From assembly GCA_964648565.1 (NCBI GenBank), contig CAZYLG010000004.1, positions 1 to 53,439 on the forward strand: 53,439 nt of DNA, written 5' to 3'. Source of the stretch: an uncultured Thermoplasmatales archaeon. Its GTDB lineage: Archaea > Thermoplasmatota > E2 > DHVEG-1. Position 1 is the first letter of the stretch, and each line of letters opens with the position of its first letter. A program made the translations under genes and the position numbers. The notes under the pieces were generated by a model. It did no database searches and was not told the DNA's origin. It saw only the letters and a program-made list of their open reading frames with translations. This document shows positions 19,894 through 29,554 of this stretch, piece after piece.

Positions 19894-19914
19894 ATTGTCT
19901 TTTAACCATTTGGA

Positions 19915-21156
19915 TTGTTATCTATGAAATCAATAGATCTACTGATAAAAAATGCTGAAGAATTGATTACTTTACAGGGTCAGAATCATCCCCGAACGAA
20001 ACAAGAGATGAATGAGTTAGGAATCATTAAACATGGCATGCTTGCCATTGATGATGGAAAAATCATTGATATTGGTGCAGATTTAGAGTATAATGCAAAA
20101 AAGGTCATTGATGCTTCTAATCAAATCGTTATCCCAGGTTTTGTCGACCCGCACACTCATCTTGTTTTTGGTGGATCTAGAGAATTTGAACTTGATTGGA
20201 AGCTGCATGGACTTTCATATATGGACATCAAAAATAAAGGTGGCGGCATTGATTACACGGTTTTTCATACGCGCAAAGCTTCTTTTGATTCGTTATATCA
20301 ACAGAGTAAAACTAGACTTGATAACATGATTTCATATGGGACTACTACCTGTGAGGCAAAGAGTGGTTATGGTTTGAATGTTGAAACGGAAAAACGAATC
20401 TTAGATGTACAAAATCAATTAAACAAAGATCATACCATTGATATTATTTCCACGTTTTTAGGAGCTCATTCCATTCCTAAAGAGATGAGTGGTGATGAGT
20501 ATGTTGATATAGTAATTGATGAAATGATTCCAATGGCAAAAACACGTGCACAGTTTTGCGATGTGTTTTGCGAAAAGGGTTTTTTTACGATTGATCAATC
20601 GAAGCGTATTTTAGAAGCTGGAAAAAAAACAGGGTTAACTCCAAAGATTCATGCTGATGAACTGGTTGATAGTAATGGTGGAATGCTTGCTGCTGAAGTT
20701 GGTGCGATTAGTGCTGAGCATTTATTGAAAACAAATAAGGAAAGTATGCGAGAAATGGCTGCAAAAAATGTGATTGGTGTGATGCTTCCAGGAACACCGT
20801 TTTCATTAATGATGAAAGAATATGCCCCAGCTCGGAAAATGATTGATTTAGGTGTCCCGATTGCTCTTGCGACTGATTTAAATCCAAATTGTTACGTGGA
20901 GAATATGCAGTTTATGATGCAACTTGGATGTTTTAAAATGAACATGACTCCTGCTGAAGCACTTACTGCAGCAACATTTAATGCGGCTTGTGCAATTAAA
21001 CAACAAGATCGAATTGGAAGTTTAGAATTAGGTAAACAAGCCGATGTACTTATTCTATCAATATCTAATTATCAGATGATTCCATATCATTTTGGTATTA
21101 ATCATGCATCTATGGTGATAAAAAAAGGAGAAATCGTCCGTTCAAGTAAGAATTGA
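19915..21156 (+). CDS. hutI: Imidazolonepropionase
   Basis: 'VIPGFVDPHTHLVFGGSR', 'GYGL', 'KIHADE' and 'ATDLNP' are characteristic amidohydrolase/HutI motifs. The ATG at 19924 is an alternative to the TTG at 19915. Confidence 0.9.
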   Translation: MLSMKSIDLLIKNAEELITLQGQNHPRTKQEMNELGIIKHGMLAIDDGKIIDIGADLEYNAKKVIDASNQIVIPGFVDPHTHLVFGGSREFELDWKLHGLSYMDIKNKGGGIDYTVFHTRKASFDSLYQQSKTRLDNMISYGTTTCEAKSGYGLNVETEKRILDVQNQLNKDHTIDIISTFLGAHSIPKEMSGDEYVDIVIDEMIPMAKTRAQFCDVFCEKGFFTIDQSKRILEAGKKTGLTPKIHADELVDSNGGMLAAEVGAISAEHLLKTNKESMREMAAKNVIGVMLPGTPFSLMMKEYAPARKMIDLGVPIALATDLNPNCYVENMQFMMQLGCFKMNMTPAEALTAATFNAACAIKQQDRIGSLELGKQADVLILSISNYQMIPYHFGINHASMVIKKGEIVRSSKN

Positions 21157-21180
21157 TTAATACCTGCTGATATATCCTTT

Positions 21181-21762
21181 TTAGTTGTAATCTTCGATCA
21201 TATGTGCGGTGATTTCATACACTCGTTCCGGGTCTTTTCGGTATTCTGGATATTTTTGCATGAACGATTCAATGATTTCTTTGATGGTTTCATCGTCAGT
21301 TCTTTTAAGGAATCGTTTTAATCGAGTTCGTAATGTTTTCTCCCAGAGTTCACGTTTATGAGTATCCATGATTTGGCATGCTAAATGATAAATGGCGTTT
21401 CTATCTTTACAATATTGTCGGTTTTCTTTGAGGAATTCTTCAACGATTCGTGAGACGTTATCCATGCGTCTTTCCAAAATGAAATCGTCTAATCTGATGG
21501 TCATTTCTTGTTGAAAACTATCTTTTTGATAATGTTCGTGGATTTCACGACTTACAAGAAAGATTTCGATAATTGAGATGGCAAGTAAAACCGTGGTAAG
21601 TTCAACAACGATGAGATCAGAGGTATCCTCTATTAGTGCATGAATAAGTAAGATTAGTTCTAGAATAAGTATGATGAAAGGGGGAATAAAAGATAATTTT
21701 TCAAATCGTTCTGATTCTTTGAATTCTTTGATAAAGCTTCTAAAGCGTCCACACCGTGGCAT
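21181..21762 (-). CDS. Hypothetical membrane protein (2 TM plus helical cytosolic domain)
   Basis: 193-aa ORF with two hydrophobic helices near the N-terminus. No family recognised. Confidence 0.5.
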   Translation of the reverse strand: MPRCGRFRSFIKEFKESERFEKLSFIPPFIILILELILLIHALIEDTSDLIVVELTTVLLAISIIEIFLVSREIHEHYQKDSFQQEMTIRLDDFILERRMDNVSRIVEEFLKENRQYCKDRNAIYHLACQIMDTHKRELWEKTLRTRLKRFLKRTDDETIKEIIESFMQKYPEYRKDPERVYEITAHMIEDYN

Positions 21763-22062
21763 AATTCCAGGGTATAGATATCTCCGCTATAACAATTATG
21801 GTCCATTATCTCTTATTGTTGAAGAATAGTGGAAACATGTTGGATTATTTTTTATATTTATTTTTGTTTTTGCTTTTCGTTCTGCGAGATAGGGTTTTTC
21901 CTATTACTTTACCACCTTGGAGCCAAGCTTCTGCAATGTAATTTTTTTTCTTGATTAAGGGATTTTTTCCTTCTTTCCAATTTCAATTCCATGGATCATA
22001 TATTCCCTAAAAATAAAAAGAGAGTTAAAAGTATAAATATTTTACTTTTATTTATTTTTTAA

Positions 22063-23835
22063 CTAAAAACTGTAATAATACTCTCCATCTTTACGTTGAT
22101 TTCTATCCATATATGAATCAGGTTTGTTTACTCTTGGCCGATGTGTTTCCTCATCTCTACGAAATGTGATATCCACGTTTTTCAAAAAACGATTCATTCC
22201 CTCGTGAAGGCTGTAAGGTCCTTGAGCGATACCATTTTTTCCAGGTGATCCATCAAACACCACTAATGCATCACTGATCATATCTATGAAATACACATCG
22301 TGATCGACAATCATCGCAGACTTTCCTGTTTTTTCAACGATACGACGAATTGATCGAGACGTAATCATCCGCTGTTCACTATCTAAGTATGCTGAGGGTT
22401 CATCGACAAGATACATATCTACATCCTGAACTAAAGAATTTGCAATCGCAACACGTTGTAATTCTCCTCCAGAAAGTGTGTTGATTTGTTTATCCAGTAA
22501 ATATTTCAATCGGAATGGTTCAAATAATTCTGCTTGATAAAATGGAGATGTAAATAACAGTTGTGCATTTCGTTCAAAAAATTTTCGAACGGTTCCTTCG
22601 AAGTCTGGAGAAATATACTGGGGCTTGTAACTGACTTTCAGATCGGTTTCTATATCGCCTTTTGTTGGTTTGCTTACTCCAGCAAGCATTTTTACAAATG
22701 TTGTTTTTCCAATCGCATTAGGACCAACTATGCCGATGATTTCTCCTTTTCGAATATTTCCACTCCCAACAGTTAAGCAGAATTCTTCAAATCGTTTTTC
22801 CAATCCACCATAGGAAATTAGAATTGATAGTTCTTGACGTTTTTTAGGTGGATGATCGAAAAATTCTATTTTTTCACCGAATCGAATATTTTCTTCACTA
22901 AGATATCCAGATAGATACGTATTTATTGCATGACGAACCCCGCGAGGATGAGTGACCACACCATATCCTCCTTCTGTACCATACATTAAATGCACAGAAT
23001 CAGCTAGAAAATCTAGAATAGCTAAGTCATGTTCGATGACCATCACTTTTTTCGTTTCGGACAATTTCTTTATGATTCTTGCAACCTTCAATCGTTGATG
23101 AATATCTAAATATGAGGAGGGTTCATCAAAAAAGTAAAGATCAACATCTTTGAGTAATGCCGCAGCAATAGACATCAACTGCAGTTCCCCGCCAGATATA
23201 GTTCCTTTGCTGATTTCCTTGTCTAAAATACCTTGTATATCGAGTTGGGTAACAATGTCATCAAACTTACCGGAAGTATCTGAGTTTTTCAACAAATTCC
23301 CAATTTTTCCATTCATCACCCTTGGTAATTTATCGACATATTGTGGTTTGACAACAGATGAAAGTGTTCCTTGTTGAATTTGTTTAAAATGATCTTGTAG
23401 CTCAGTAGCTGCATAATGATCAACGATTGCATCCCATGTGGATTCTTGGTCTATCTCTCCTAAATTTGGAATGAGTTGCCCAGATAATATTTTGATAGCT
23501 GTTGTTTTACCAATGCCGTTAGGCCCAAGTATTCCAATGCATTTTCCCTTTTTTGGTATAGGTAAACGAAAAATCCTGAAACCATTTTTTCCGAATTGAT
23601 GAATAAGATCTGTATCTAATTCTTCTGCAAGTCCAATGATCTTAATTGCATCAAAGGGACATTTATGAACACAAATGCCGCAACCAACACAGAGTTCCTC
23701 GGAAATAATAGGTTTTCCATCATCACCTTCTATGATTGTTTCATCGCCTGCTCGTACTCGAGGGCAATATTTAATGCATTCATGAGAACAGTTTTTTGGT
23801 TTACATCTATCCCGGAGTAAGACTGCTATACGCAT
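22063..23835 (-). CDS. abcE1: ABCE1 / RNase L inhibitor-type ribosome recycling ATPase
   Basis: N-terminal FeS domain 'CKPKNCSHECIKYCP...CVGCGICVHKCPFDAI' followed by two ABC cassettes with Walker A 'GPNGIGKTT' and 'GPNAIGKTT' and signature 'SGGELQ' twice. Confidence 0.95.
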   Translation of the reverse strand: MRIAVLLRDRCKPKNCSHECIKYCPRVRAGDETIIEGDDGKPIISEELCVGCGICVHKCPFDAIKIIGLAEELDTDLIHQFGKNGFRIFRLPIPKKGKCIGILGPNGIGKTTAIKILSGQLIPNLGEIDQESTWDAIVDHYAATELQDHFKQIQQGTLSSVVKPQYVDKLPRVMNGKIGNLLKNSDTSGKFDDIVTQLDIQGILDKEISKGTISGGELQLMSIAAALLKDVDLYFFDEPSSYLDIHQRLKVARIIKKLSETKKVMVIEHDLAILDFLADSVHLMYGTEGGYGVVTHPRGVRHAINTYLSGYLSEENIRFGEKIEFFDHPPKKRQELSILISYGGLEKRFEEFCLTVGSGNIRKGEIIGIVGPNAIGKTTFVKMLAGVSKPTKGDIETDLKVSYKPQYISPDFEGTVRKFFERNAQLLFTSPFYQAELFEPFRLKYLLDKQINTLSGGELQRVAIANSLVQDVDMYLVDEPSAYLDSEQRMITSRSIRRIVEKTGKSAMIVDHDVYFIDMISDALVVFDGSPGKNGIAQGPYSLHEGMNRFLKNVDITFRRDEETHRPRVNKPDSYMDRNQRKDGEYYYSF

Positions 23836-23983
23836 AATTTCAACAATTGGACAATAAGCAAGATATTAAAAGATTTTAGTTTGTTTTTGCGTTCTGCCCT
23901 TGTTTTTTTACCGATAAATCCTTTAACCAATACTACCATGTCTTTATGAATTTCATCAAAATGGGAAACTTGAGGAAATATAT

Positions 23984-24184
23984 ATGGTGAAAATTACATT
24001 AGATGAGCAAAGTATTGACGCGTTAGTGAATTATGCAAAAAAACATCCTGATGATATCCGAGATCTCATCAAGATTGTTGGTGAAGAGATGCTATCTGTA
24101 CTTATGCAACGAGATATGCTAGATAAAGGGGCAAACTTATATCGTGAGATTCAGCAAGCAATTAATTATACATACAAAGAATAA
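23984..24184 (+). CDS. Hypothetical small protein
   Basis: 66-aa ORF with an ATG start and a predicted helical fold. No family recognised. Confidence 0.35.
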   Translation: MVKITLDEQSIDALVNYAKKHPDDIRDLIKIVGEEMLSVLMQRDMLDKGANLYREIQQAINYTYKE

Positions 24185-24212
24185 TTATTTGTAAACCATT
24201 TTTCTTCTTTTT

Positions 24213-27104
24213 TTATTCTATCTGAATTTTTTGCCAATCTGATACCTCTTTATTCTGTGCAACATCAATTGCTATGATTCGGATGGTGATTGTTTGACCT
24301 ATGTTAAATCTTCCAAGTTCACAACCATAAACTGGATGGTTTGTTTCGTTATTTTTCGGGTCTTCGATATGTCTTTGTTGTATTGGATGTTGTGCATATT
24401 CAAATAATGATTTTGAAAATATGTCCTGATCAGTTTGGTATTCTACGATTGCTTTTTTCAAAGGAAACTCTGAATCTGTAGTAATATTTGTGTGAATGGA
24501 AATGGATGTTTCATTCGTTGGGTTTTTAGGTGACCAAGTAACTACTTGTATTTTAGGATTATGTGATGGTGTGGTGTTGTTGATGATGAATGATTGTTGG
24601 ATGATTTGTTGATTATCTGATTTATCAACTGTTTTAACTGATAATTGATGTATTCCTGGTGTGAACTTAGTTACGTTGATTTTTTTCATCCATAGTGTTG
24701 ATCCTTGGCACGGTATCCAATCATCATTATCAATAGATACTTCAACTTTTTTGATTGCATGATTATCACTGCTTATTCCCTGAATGGTATATTGGTTTTC
24801 TTCTAAAAAGATAATTTCATTGGATTGTGGTGAGTGTATTTGAGTAATGGGTGGTATGGAATCAAAAAGTGTGATTTGTTTTTCTGTTGAACTGTTTTTA
24901 CTTTTTACTTCTAAGGTGTATGCTCCTGGGTTCCAAAAGGTAGTGTTTAGAGTTTTTTTCCATCTTCCAACGGGTAGAGTTATATTCTTATTATTGATGC
25001 TTAGAATACATTCATCTGACGAACTTCCTTTTATCTTAATTGTTTCTCCAACTTGAAAATGTGGACTTTGAAATGTTGTTGTGGATGGTTCTAAGATTGA
25101 AATATAATCTTCTGAGCTCTTTTTTGTTACTGAAAGGCTTATGTTTGTTTGTACATTTATGTTCTGATGAGGATTATAAAATATCATATAATATGGTTTG
25201 TCACCTAAACTAATTGTATCATTTATGATACTAGCCTTCTTTAAATAAATTGATTTGAATTGTTCATTATTATCATATTTGATATATTCTTGTTCGTTGA
25301 GTATAAAAAATGATATGGGTGTTTTTGACGAATATTGACAAATATCATTATTTCTCACATTTGCCTGATACTGAAAACCATTAGATTCTATAGAACTGGA
25401 TAACGTGATTAGATCCTCATCAGAGGGGTTCTCATGATTAATCGCCTCAGGTTCTTTTTCTGGATTAATGATAGGAAATCGAATAGAAAAATTAGTATTA
25501 ACTGCGTTTGTTAATCTTCTAACCATTGTCCAGGAAGCAAAAGGAAAAGGTAATTTCCTAAATGGTTGCTGAATTAAAAAAACATATTCATCATGCTTTC
25601 CAAGAGTGAACTCACAAATTCCCTGTGCATCAGTATAATTCCAAATACTAATGGTTAACCCATCTATAACATCAGATGTATTAACAATTCGATTTATCAT
25701 TTGCTGATAAATTTTTTCTAAAAATGAATCTTGAACACTATTTGGCAGAAAAGACCAAAAATTTTCTAGAGCATCTAATATTTTATTCTTATACCAAGTT
25801 ATATCTTTTAACCCTTTTACAAGAACTGTTACTCTGACACCATCTAACGAATTGCCTGTTAAACCAGAAACATGAAATGAAACATTTACTCGGTCCTCTT
25901 TTGGTATATATCTTGAACTAACATCTGAGATAAGTCCGTCCCCACGCCATGAGAACACAGAGGACATATCTTTACCCCACCCTTTTGCATAAACTAATGG
26001 CTTATCAACAGTTCCACCGGTATCTGACCACCAGTTATCGTTTTGATGCCAACCTTCATCATAAAATTCTCGCCATACATGATCCTCAGCGATATTACAA
26101 ACACTAATTGAAGGAATAAGAACAGATCGAAGACCAGCAACAGCGATTCGTTGCAACTCACCACACCATCCATTATGCTGATGAGCAATCAAATTAGGTT
26201 GCCCGGGTCTATCACCCGTTGCTTCAAATGGAACTGTTTTTCCCACCCAATAACTCACTGCTTCAATGCCCGTTGGATGACGCATGATACTCTCTTTCCA
26301 CTCTCTATTTCCAGGTTGGTGATACGATTGTTCATCCCATAAAAATGTAATATTCTCAATTTTTTCTAAAAGCAAAGGATATCCAATATCATTATGATAA
26401 AAAACATAATCCCTCCAAAAATACTCATAAATAAAAGACGGTGTTTCACTAAGGATTTGCGGATGCACAATATACCAATAATAAATATCTTTTGGCAGAA
26501 TTCGATTAATGGTTTGATTATCCTGAAGAACATTGTACCGTATCGTTGAATAATACTCTGCTGAATCCCTATTTACTTCTACAATATCTGCATACGAGAC
26601 GAAATCATCCACGATGTAAATTTGTTCCACATTCTTTTTAATAAGCAATGGGTCAGGTGGATTCCCAAGAGGGGAATGAGATATACAAAAAGCAATCTCA
26701 TCAGTATGTTGTTTACTTGCATTAAGAATGAGATATGCATAAGGTAAAGGATTTTCAATTTCGTTGAATTGAAGAATTAATGATTCTTCAAGCCAATCAG
26801 GAGATTTCACAATGGCTTTTTTCACAGTTTCACAAAATGGTTCCGTTATTGCCCTAGTAATCTTAGAAAAAGTATGATTTGATGGAGTAAACTTTAACAC
26901 GAATTCTTCTCCAGGTTTAATAAGCGTTGAACTAGAAAAACCGGATAATTCTTGAGAAGAATCAATAGTAATTACTGAATTTGAATCACTTGAGAGGGGA
27001 TAGCTGAATGAAATACTTAGGATCAAAAAAATTACAAGAAAACACCATAGTTTTTGCTGTTTAGATGTCTGATAAACGACCATACGAATACTACTCCCTA
27101 ACAC
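24213..27104 (-). CDS. Secreted/anchored transglutaminase-like cysteine protease-fold protein with C-terminal Ig-like domains
   Basis: Signal anchor 'LWCFLVIFLILSISFS'. The core 'GWCGELQRIAVAGLRSVLIPSISVCNIAEDHVWREFYDEGWHQND' fits the transglutaminase-like Cys-His-Asp arrangement. The C-terminal ~350 aa look like several Ig-like beta-sandwich modules. Confidence 0.65.
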   Translation of the reverse strand: MLGSSIRMVVYQTSKQQKLWCFLVIFLILSISFSYPLSSDSNSVITIDSSQELSGFSSSTLIKPGEEFVLKFTPSNHTFSKITRAITEPFCETVKKAIVKSPDWLEESLILQFNEIENPLPYAYLILNASKQHTDEIAFCISHSPLGNPPDPLLIKKNVEQIYIVDDFVSYADIVEVNRDSAEYYSTIRYNVLQDNQTINRILPKDIYYWYIVHPQILSETPSFIYEYFWRDYVFYHNDIGYPLLLEKIENITFLWDEQSYHQPGNREWKESIMRHPTGIEAVSYWVGKTVPFEATGDRPGQPNLIAHQHNGWCGELQRIAVAGLRSVLIPSISVCNIAEDHVWREFYDEGWHQNDNWWSDTGGTVDKPLVYAKGWGKDMSSVFSWRGDGLISDVSSRYIPKEDRVNVSFHVSGLTGNSLDGVRVTVLVKGLKDITWYKNKILDALENFWSFLPNSVQDSFLEKIYQQMINRIVNTSDVIDGLTISIWNYTDAQGICEFTLGKHDEYVFLIQQPFRKLPFPFASWTMVRRLTNAVNTNFSIRFPIINPEKEPEAINHENPSDEDLITLSSSIESNGFQYQANVRNNDICQYSSKTPISFFILNEQEYIKYDNNEQFKSIYLKKASIINDTISLGDKPYYMIFYNPHQNINVQTNISLSVTKKSSEDYISILEPSTTTFQSPHFQVGETIKIKGSSSDECILSINNKNITLPVGRWKKTLNTTFWNPGAYTLEVKSKNSSTEKQITLFDSIPPITQIHSPQSNEIIFLEENQYTIQGISSDNHAIKKVEVSIDNDDWIPCQGSTLWMKKINVTKFTPGIHQLSVKTVDKSDNQQIIQQSFIINNTTPSHNPKIQVVTWSPKNPTNETSISIHTNITTDSEFPLKKAIVEYQTDQDIFSKSLFEYAQHPIQQRHIEDPKNNETNHPVYGCELGRFNIGQTITIRIIAIDVAQNKEVSDWQKIQIE

Positions 27105-27181
27105 TACATCATTAAATAACTCTGATTATTATATAAATCGTTTGGTAATTTTTTACCGTCCTTAAAATACAAAACATAATC

Positions 27182-27721
27182 TCATTTTATTTTTGCTTGG
27201 CAAAAAGAATTCATCTTACAACCATCACATTTACCTTTATTTTGGTGATTACGAATGACTTTTTTAGTTCGTAATGTTTCACTCATCATATTAATGGTTA
27301 ATTTCAACTGTTTTTTCTCCTTAAAAGAAAACGGAATTTTAAATCGTTTATGGGTATCAACATACAATAAATACCCGTATGGGGAAGGGCGGTGATAGTG
27401 TTCTTTTGCAAGTTGACAATATGATAATAATTGCATGACGTGATGAGATTTTGGATTCTGATGGTTCCCAGTTTTTATTTCCACTGGAATTCGTTTCCAT
27501 CCTTTCTTCAAGATAAGATCTGGTTTTCCAACAAGAGGAAATTTTTTAGAATATAACGAATGAGGTGAACCATGCAGATCATCATACACAATCCTTCCAG
27601 AAGGAAGTAATGAGTTTTTCTTTGATTTTTCTACTACAAAAATAAAAGCAAAACCCACACTGATAAAAATAACCGCTCCAATCAGTATCATCCAACTAAT
27701 TAACATGATATCTTCATCCAA
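27182..27721 (-). CDS. Cas4/PD-(D/E)xK nuclease family, C-terminal fragment (TM helix plus D..ExK, QxxxY and CxxCx5C)
   Basis: The TM helix 'LISWMILIGAVIFISVGFAFIFVV' comes first. 'GKPDLILKKGWKRIPVEIKTG' supplies D...ExK, 'QLLSYCQL' supplies QxxxY, and 'CDGCKMNSFC' supplies the FeS cysteines. The ATG at 27706 is an alternative to the TTG at 27721. Confidence 0.6.
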   Translation of the reverse strand: MDEDIMLISWMILIGAVIFISVGFAFIFVVEKSKKNSLLPSGRIVYDDLHGSPHSLYSKKFPLVGKPDLILKKGWKRIPVEIKTGNHQNPKSHHVMQLLSYCQLAKEHYHRPSPYGYLLYVDTHKRFKIPFSFKEKKQLKLTINMMSETLRTKKVIRNHQNKGKCDGCKMNSFCQAKIK

Positions 27722-27992
27722 TCAATCCAAACCATTTAACTACCACGAGAATAAATAAAAGGACTCCTCCAGCTGCCAAAAAATAATAACTTAATCGAAA
27801 CAACAAATGAATAAAATGTGTTTTCCGTCCAAAAGCATCATGAATTTTCAGTCCATGTGATTTCCTTTTTAATGATTTTTTTGAAGATGAACCCGCATAT
27901 CCTTGTCGATTAAGAAACCAGGATACGGAACAAAACGTAAATTGCCCTATTTCAGAAGCTGAAAATAACGTATCCTCTTTTTTCATCATCAT
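27714..27992 (-). CDS. Cas4/PD-(D/E)xK nuclease family, N-terminal fragment (first Cys plus motif I) ending in a TM helix
   Basis: 'SASEIGQFTFCSVSWFLNRQG' is the Cas4 N-terminal Cys motif. 'GLKIHDAFG' is motif I-like. A hydrophobic 'YYFLAAGGVLLFILVVVKWFGLI' follows. The stop overlaps the next ORF by 8 nt. Confidence 0.6.
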   Translation of the reverse strand: MMMKKEDTLFSASEIGQFTFCSVSWFLNRQGYAGSSSKKSLKRKSHGLKIHDAFGRKTHFIHLLFRLSYYFLAAGGVLLFILVVVKWFGLIG

Positions 27993-28187
27993 TTCCCACC
28001 AAACATGTATAGATAGTACACTAACTCTAGATTAATATTACACTCTCTCTTTTAATATATAACTGATGATCTATAATCACAATTTTTTAATTTAATCCAA
28101 CTAAACTCATTATGCTGAATCTGTGTAATCACCAAGAGAACATAATCTATTTATCACTCAATCTGTTTGAGGGTGAATTAAAGAGGT

Positions 28188-29501
28188 TTGTTCATGACTC
28201 ATATCATTGGTATCCGTCGAGAAGATAAAAACAAGTGGGAACAACGTGTTCCACTCATCCCAGACCATATTAAAGAAATCCAAGAAAACCAAGATATTTC
28301 ATTTCTTGTACAACCCTCAAAAATTCGATCATACAACGATGAATCATATCAAAAAGCTGGTGCAATCATATCAGAAGACCTATCGAAAGCATCAGTTGTT
28401 TTTGCAGTGAAAGAAATTCCTCAATCATTTTTCCAAGAAAACAAAACCTATGTCTTTTTTTCTCATACAATCAAAGGACAATTGTATAATATGCCCATGT
28501 TAGAAAAAATGATGGAGTTAAACTGTACTCTGATAGATTATGAACGAATCGTTGATGAAAATAATCGAAGATTGATTTTTTTTGGAAGATATGCAGGCAT
28601 TGCAGGAATGGTAGACACCTTATGGGGTTTTGGGAAACGATTAGAACAACAAAAACATATAAAAAATCCGTTCAGTAAAATTAAACAAACCTATCAATAT
28701 GAATCATTAACCAAGCTAAAACAACAATTTACCAACATAGGAAACTATATAGAAAGCCATGGTCTTCCAGAATCAATTAATCCAGTAATCGTTGGATTTG
28801 CTGGTTATGGTAATGTCTCAAATGGTGCACAGGAAATCTTAGATCTACTTCCTTTCGTTGAATTGCAGCCGCAACAACTCAAAACTGTTTTTGAAGAACC
28901 AGATCCTCATACATTATACAAAGTTGTTTTCAAAGAAGAAGACATGGTTCAACCTAAAAATCCCTCTGATCCCTTTCAATTACAAGATTACTATCATTAC
29001 CCTGAAAAGTATACATCAACATTCGAACAATATCTTCCCTATCTTTCAATTCTAATTAATGCAATCTATTGGGATAATCGATATCCTCGATTAGTCACCA
29101 AACAATTCTTAAAATCATACATTGAAACTCCAACAAAATTTCGACTAAACATCATTGGTGATATTAGCATCGATATAAATGGAGCAATTGAACCCACTGC
29201 AAAAGCAACTACTCCAGATAATCCAATTTTTGTATATGATCCACAAACAGATACCATTACTGATGGAGTTAGAGGAGATGGGATTGCTATCATGGCAGTG
29301 GACAATCTTCCTTGTGAACTTCCGAGGGATTCATCCCGCTCATTTAGTGAGATACTCTGGCATTTTGTTCCTTCAATTGCAACAACGGATTATTCAGTAT
29401 TCTTCGATCAATTAGCACTTCCTCCCGAAATAAAAAGAGCTGTTATTTTGCACAACGGGCAATTAACACCCCAATACACCTATATCAACAAATATTTATA
29501 A
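28188..29501 (+). CDS. Lysine-ketoglutarate reductase-like protein (LOR/SDH conserved region, AlaDH/PNT fold)
   Basis: The N-terminus 'IGIRREDKNKWEQRVPLIPDHIKEI' and overall layout resemble stand-alone LKR-domain proteins. The ATG at 28194 is an alternative to the TTG at 28188. Confidence 0.65.
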   Translation: MFMTHIIGIRREDKNKWEQRVPLIPDHIKEIQENQDISFLVQPSKIRSYNDESYQKAGAIISEDLSKASVVFAVKEIPQSFFQENKTYVFFSHTIKGQLYNMPMLEKMMELNCTLIDYERIVDENNRRLIFFGRYAGIAGMVDTLWGFGKRLEQQKHIKNPFSKIKQTYQYESLTKLKQQFTNIGNYIESHGLPESINPVIVGFAGYGNVSNGAQEILDLLPFVELQPQQLKTVFEEPDPHTLYKVVFKEEDMVQPKNPSDPFQLQDYYHYPEKYTSTFEQYLPYLSILINAIYWDNRYPRLVTKQFLKSYIETPTKFRLNIIGDISIDINGAIEPTAKATTPDNPIFVYDPQTDTITDGVRGDGIAIMAVDNLPCELPRDSSRSFSEILWHFVPSIATTDYSVFFDQLALPPEIKRAVILHNGQLTPQYTYINKYL

Positions 29502-29554
29502 TTTGGTTTTATTGCCACAGCAAAAAAAGTCTTCTATAAAGGTGACCATAATAC

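Noticed and set aside
21798-21941. 47-aa +-strand ORF with one hydrophobic segment in the 300-nt gap between the 193-aa membrane protein gene and ABCE1.
   Set aside because: It has no RBS and no recognisable family, and it overlaps T-rich sequence more consistent with promoter/terminator DNA.
27105-28187. Looked for a CRISPR array or cas genes around the Cas4-like gene.
   Set aside because: No direct repeats of 25-40 nt are visible in the flanking intergenic regions, and the neighbouring genes are unrelated to CRISPR-Cas.
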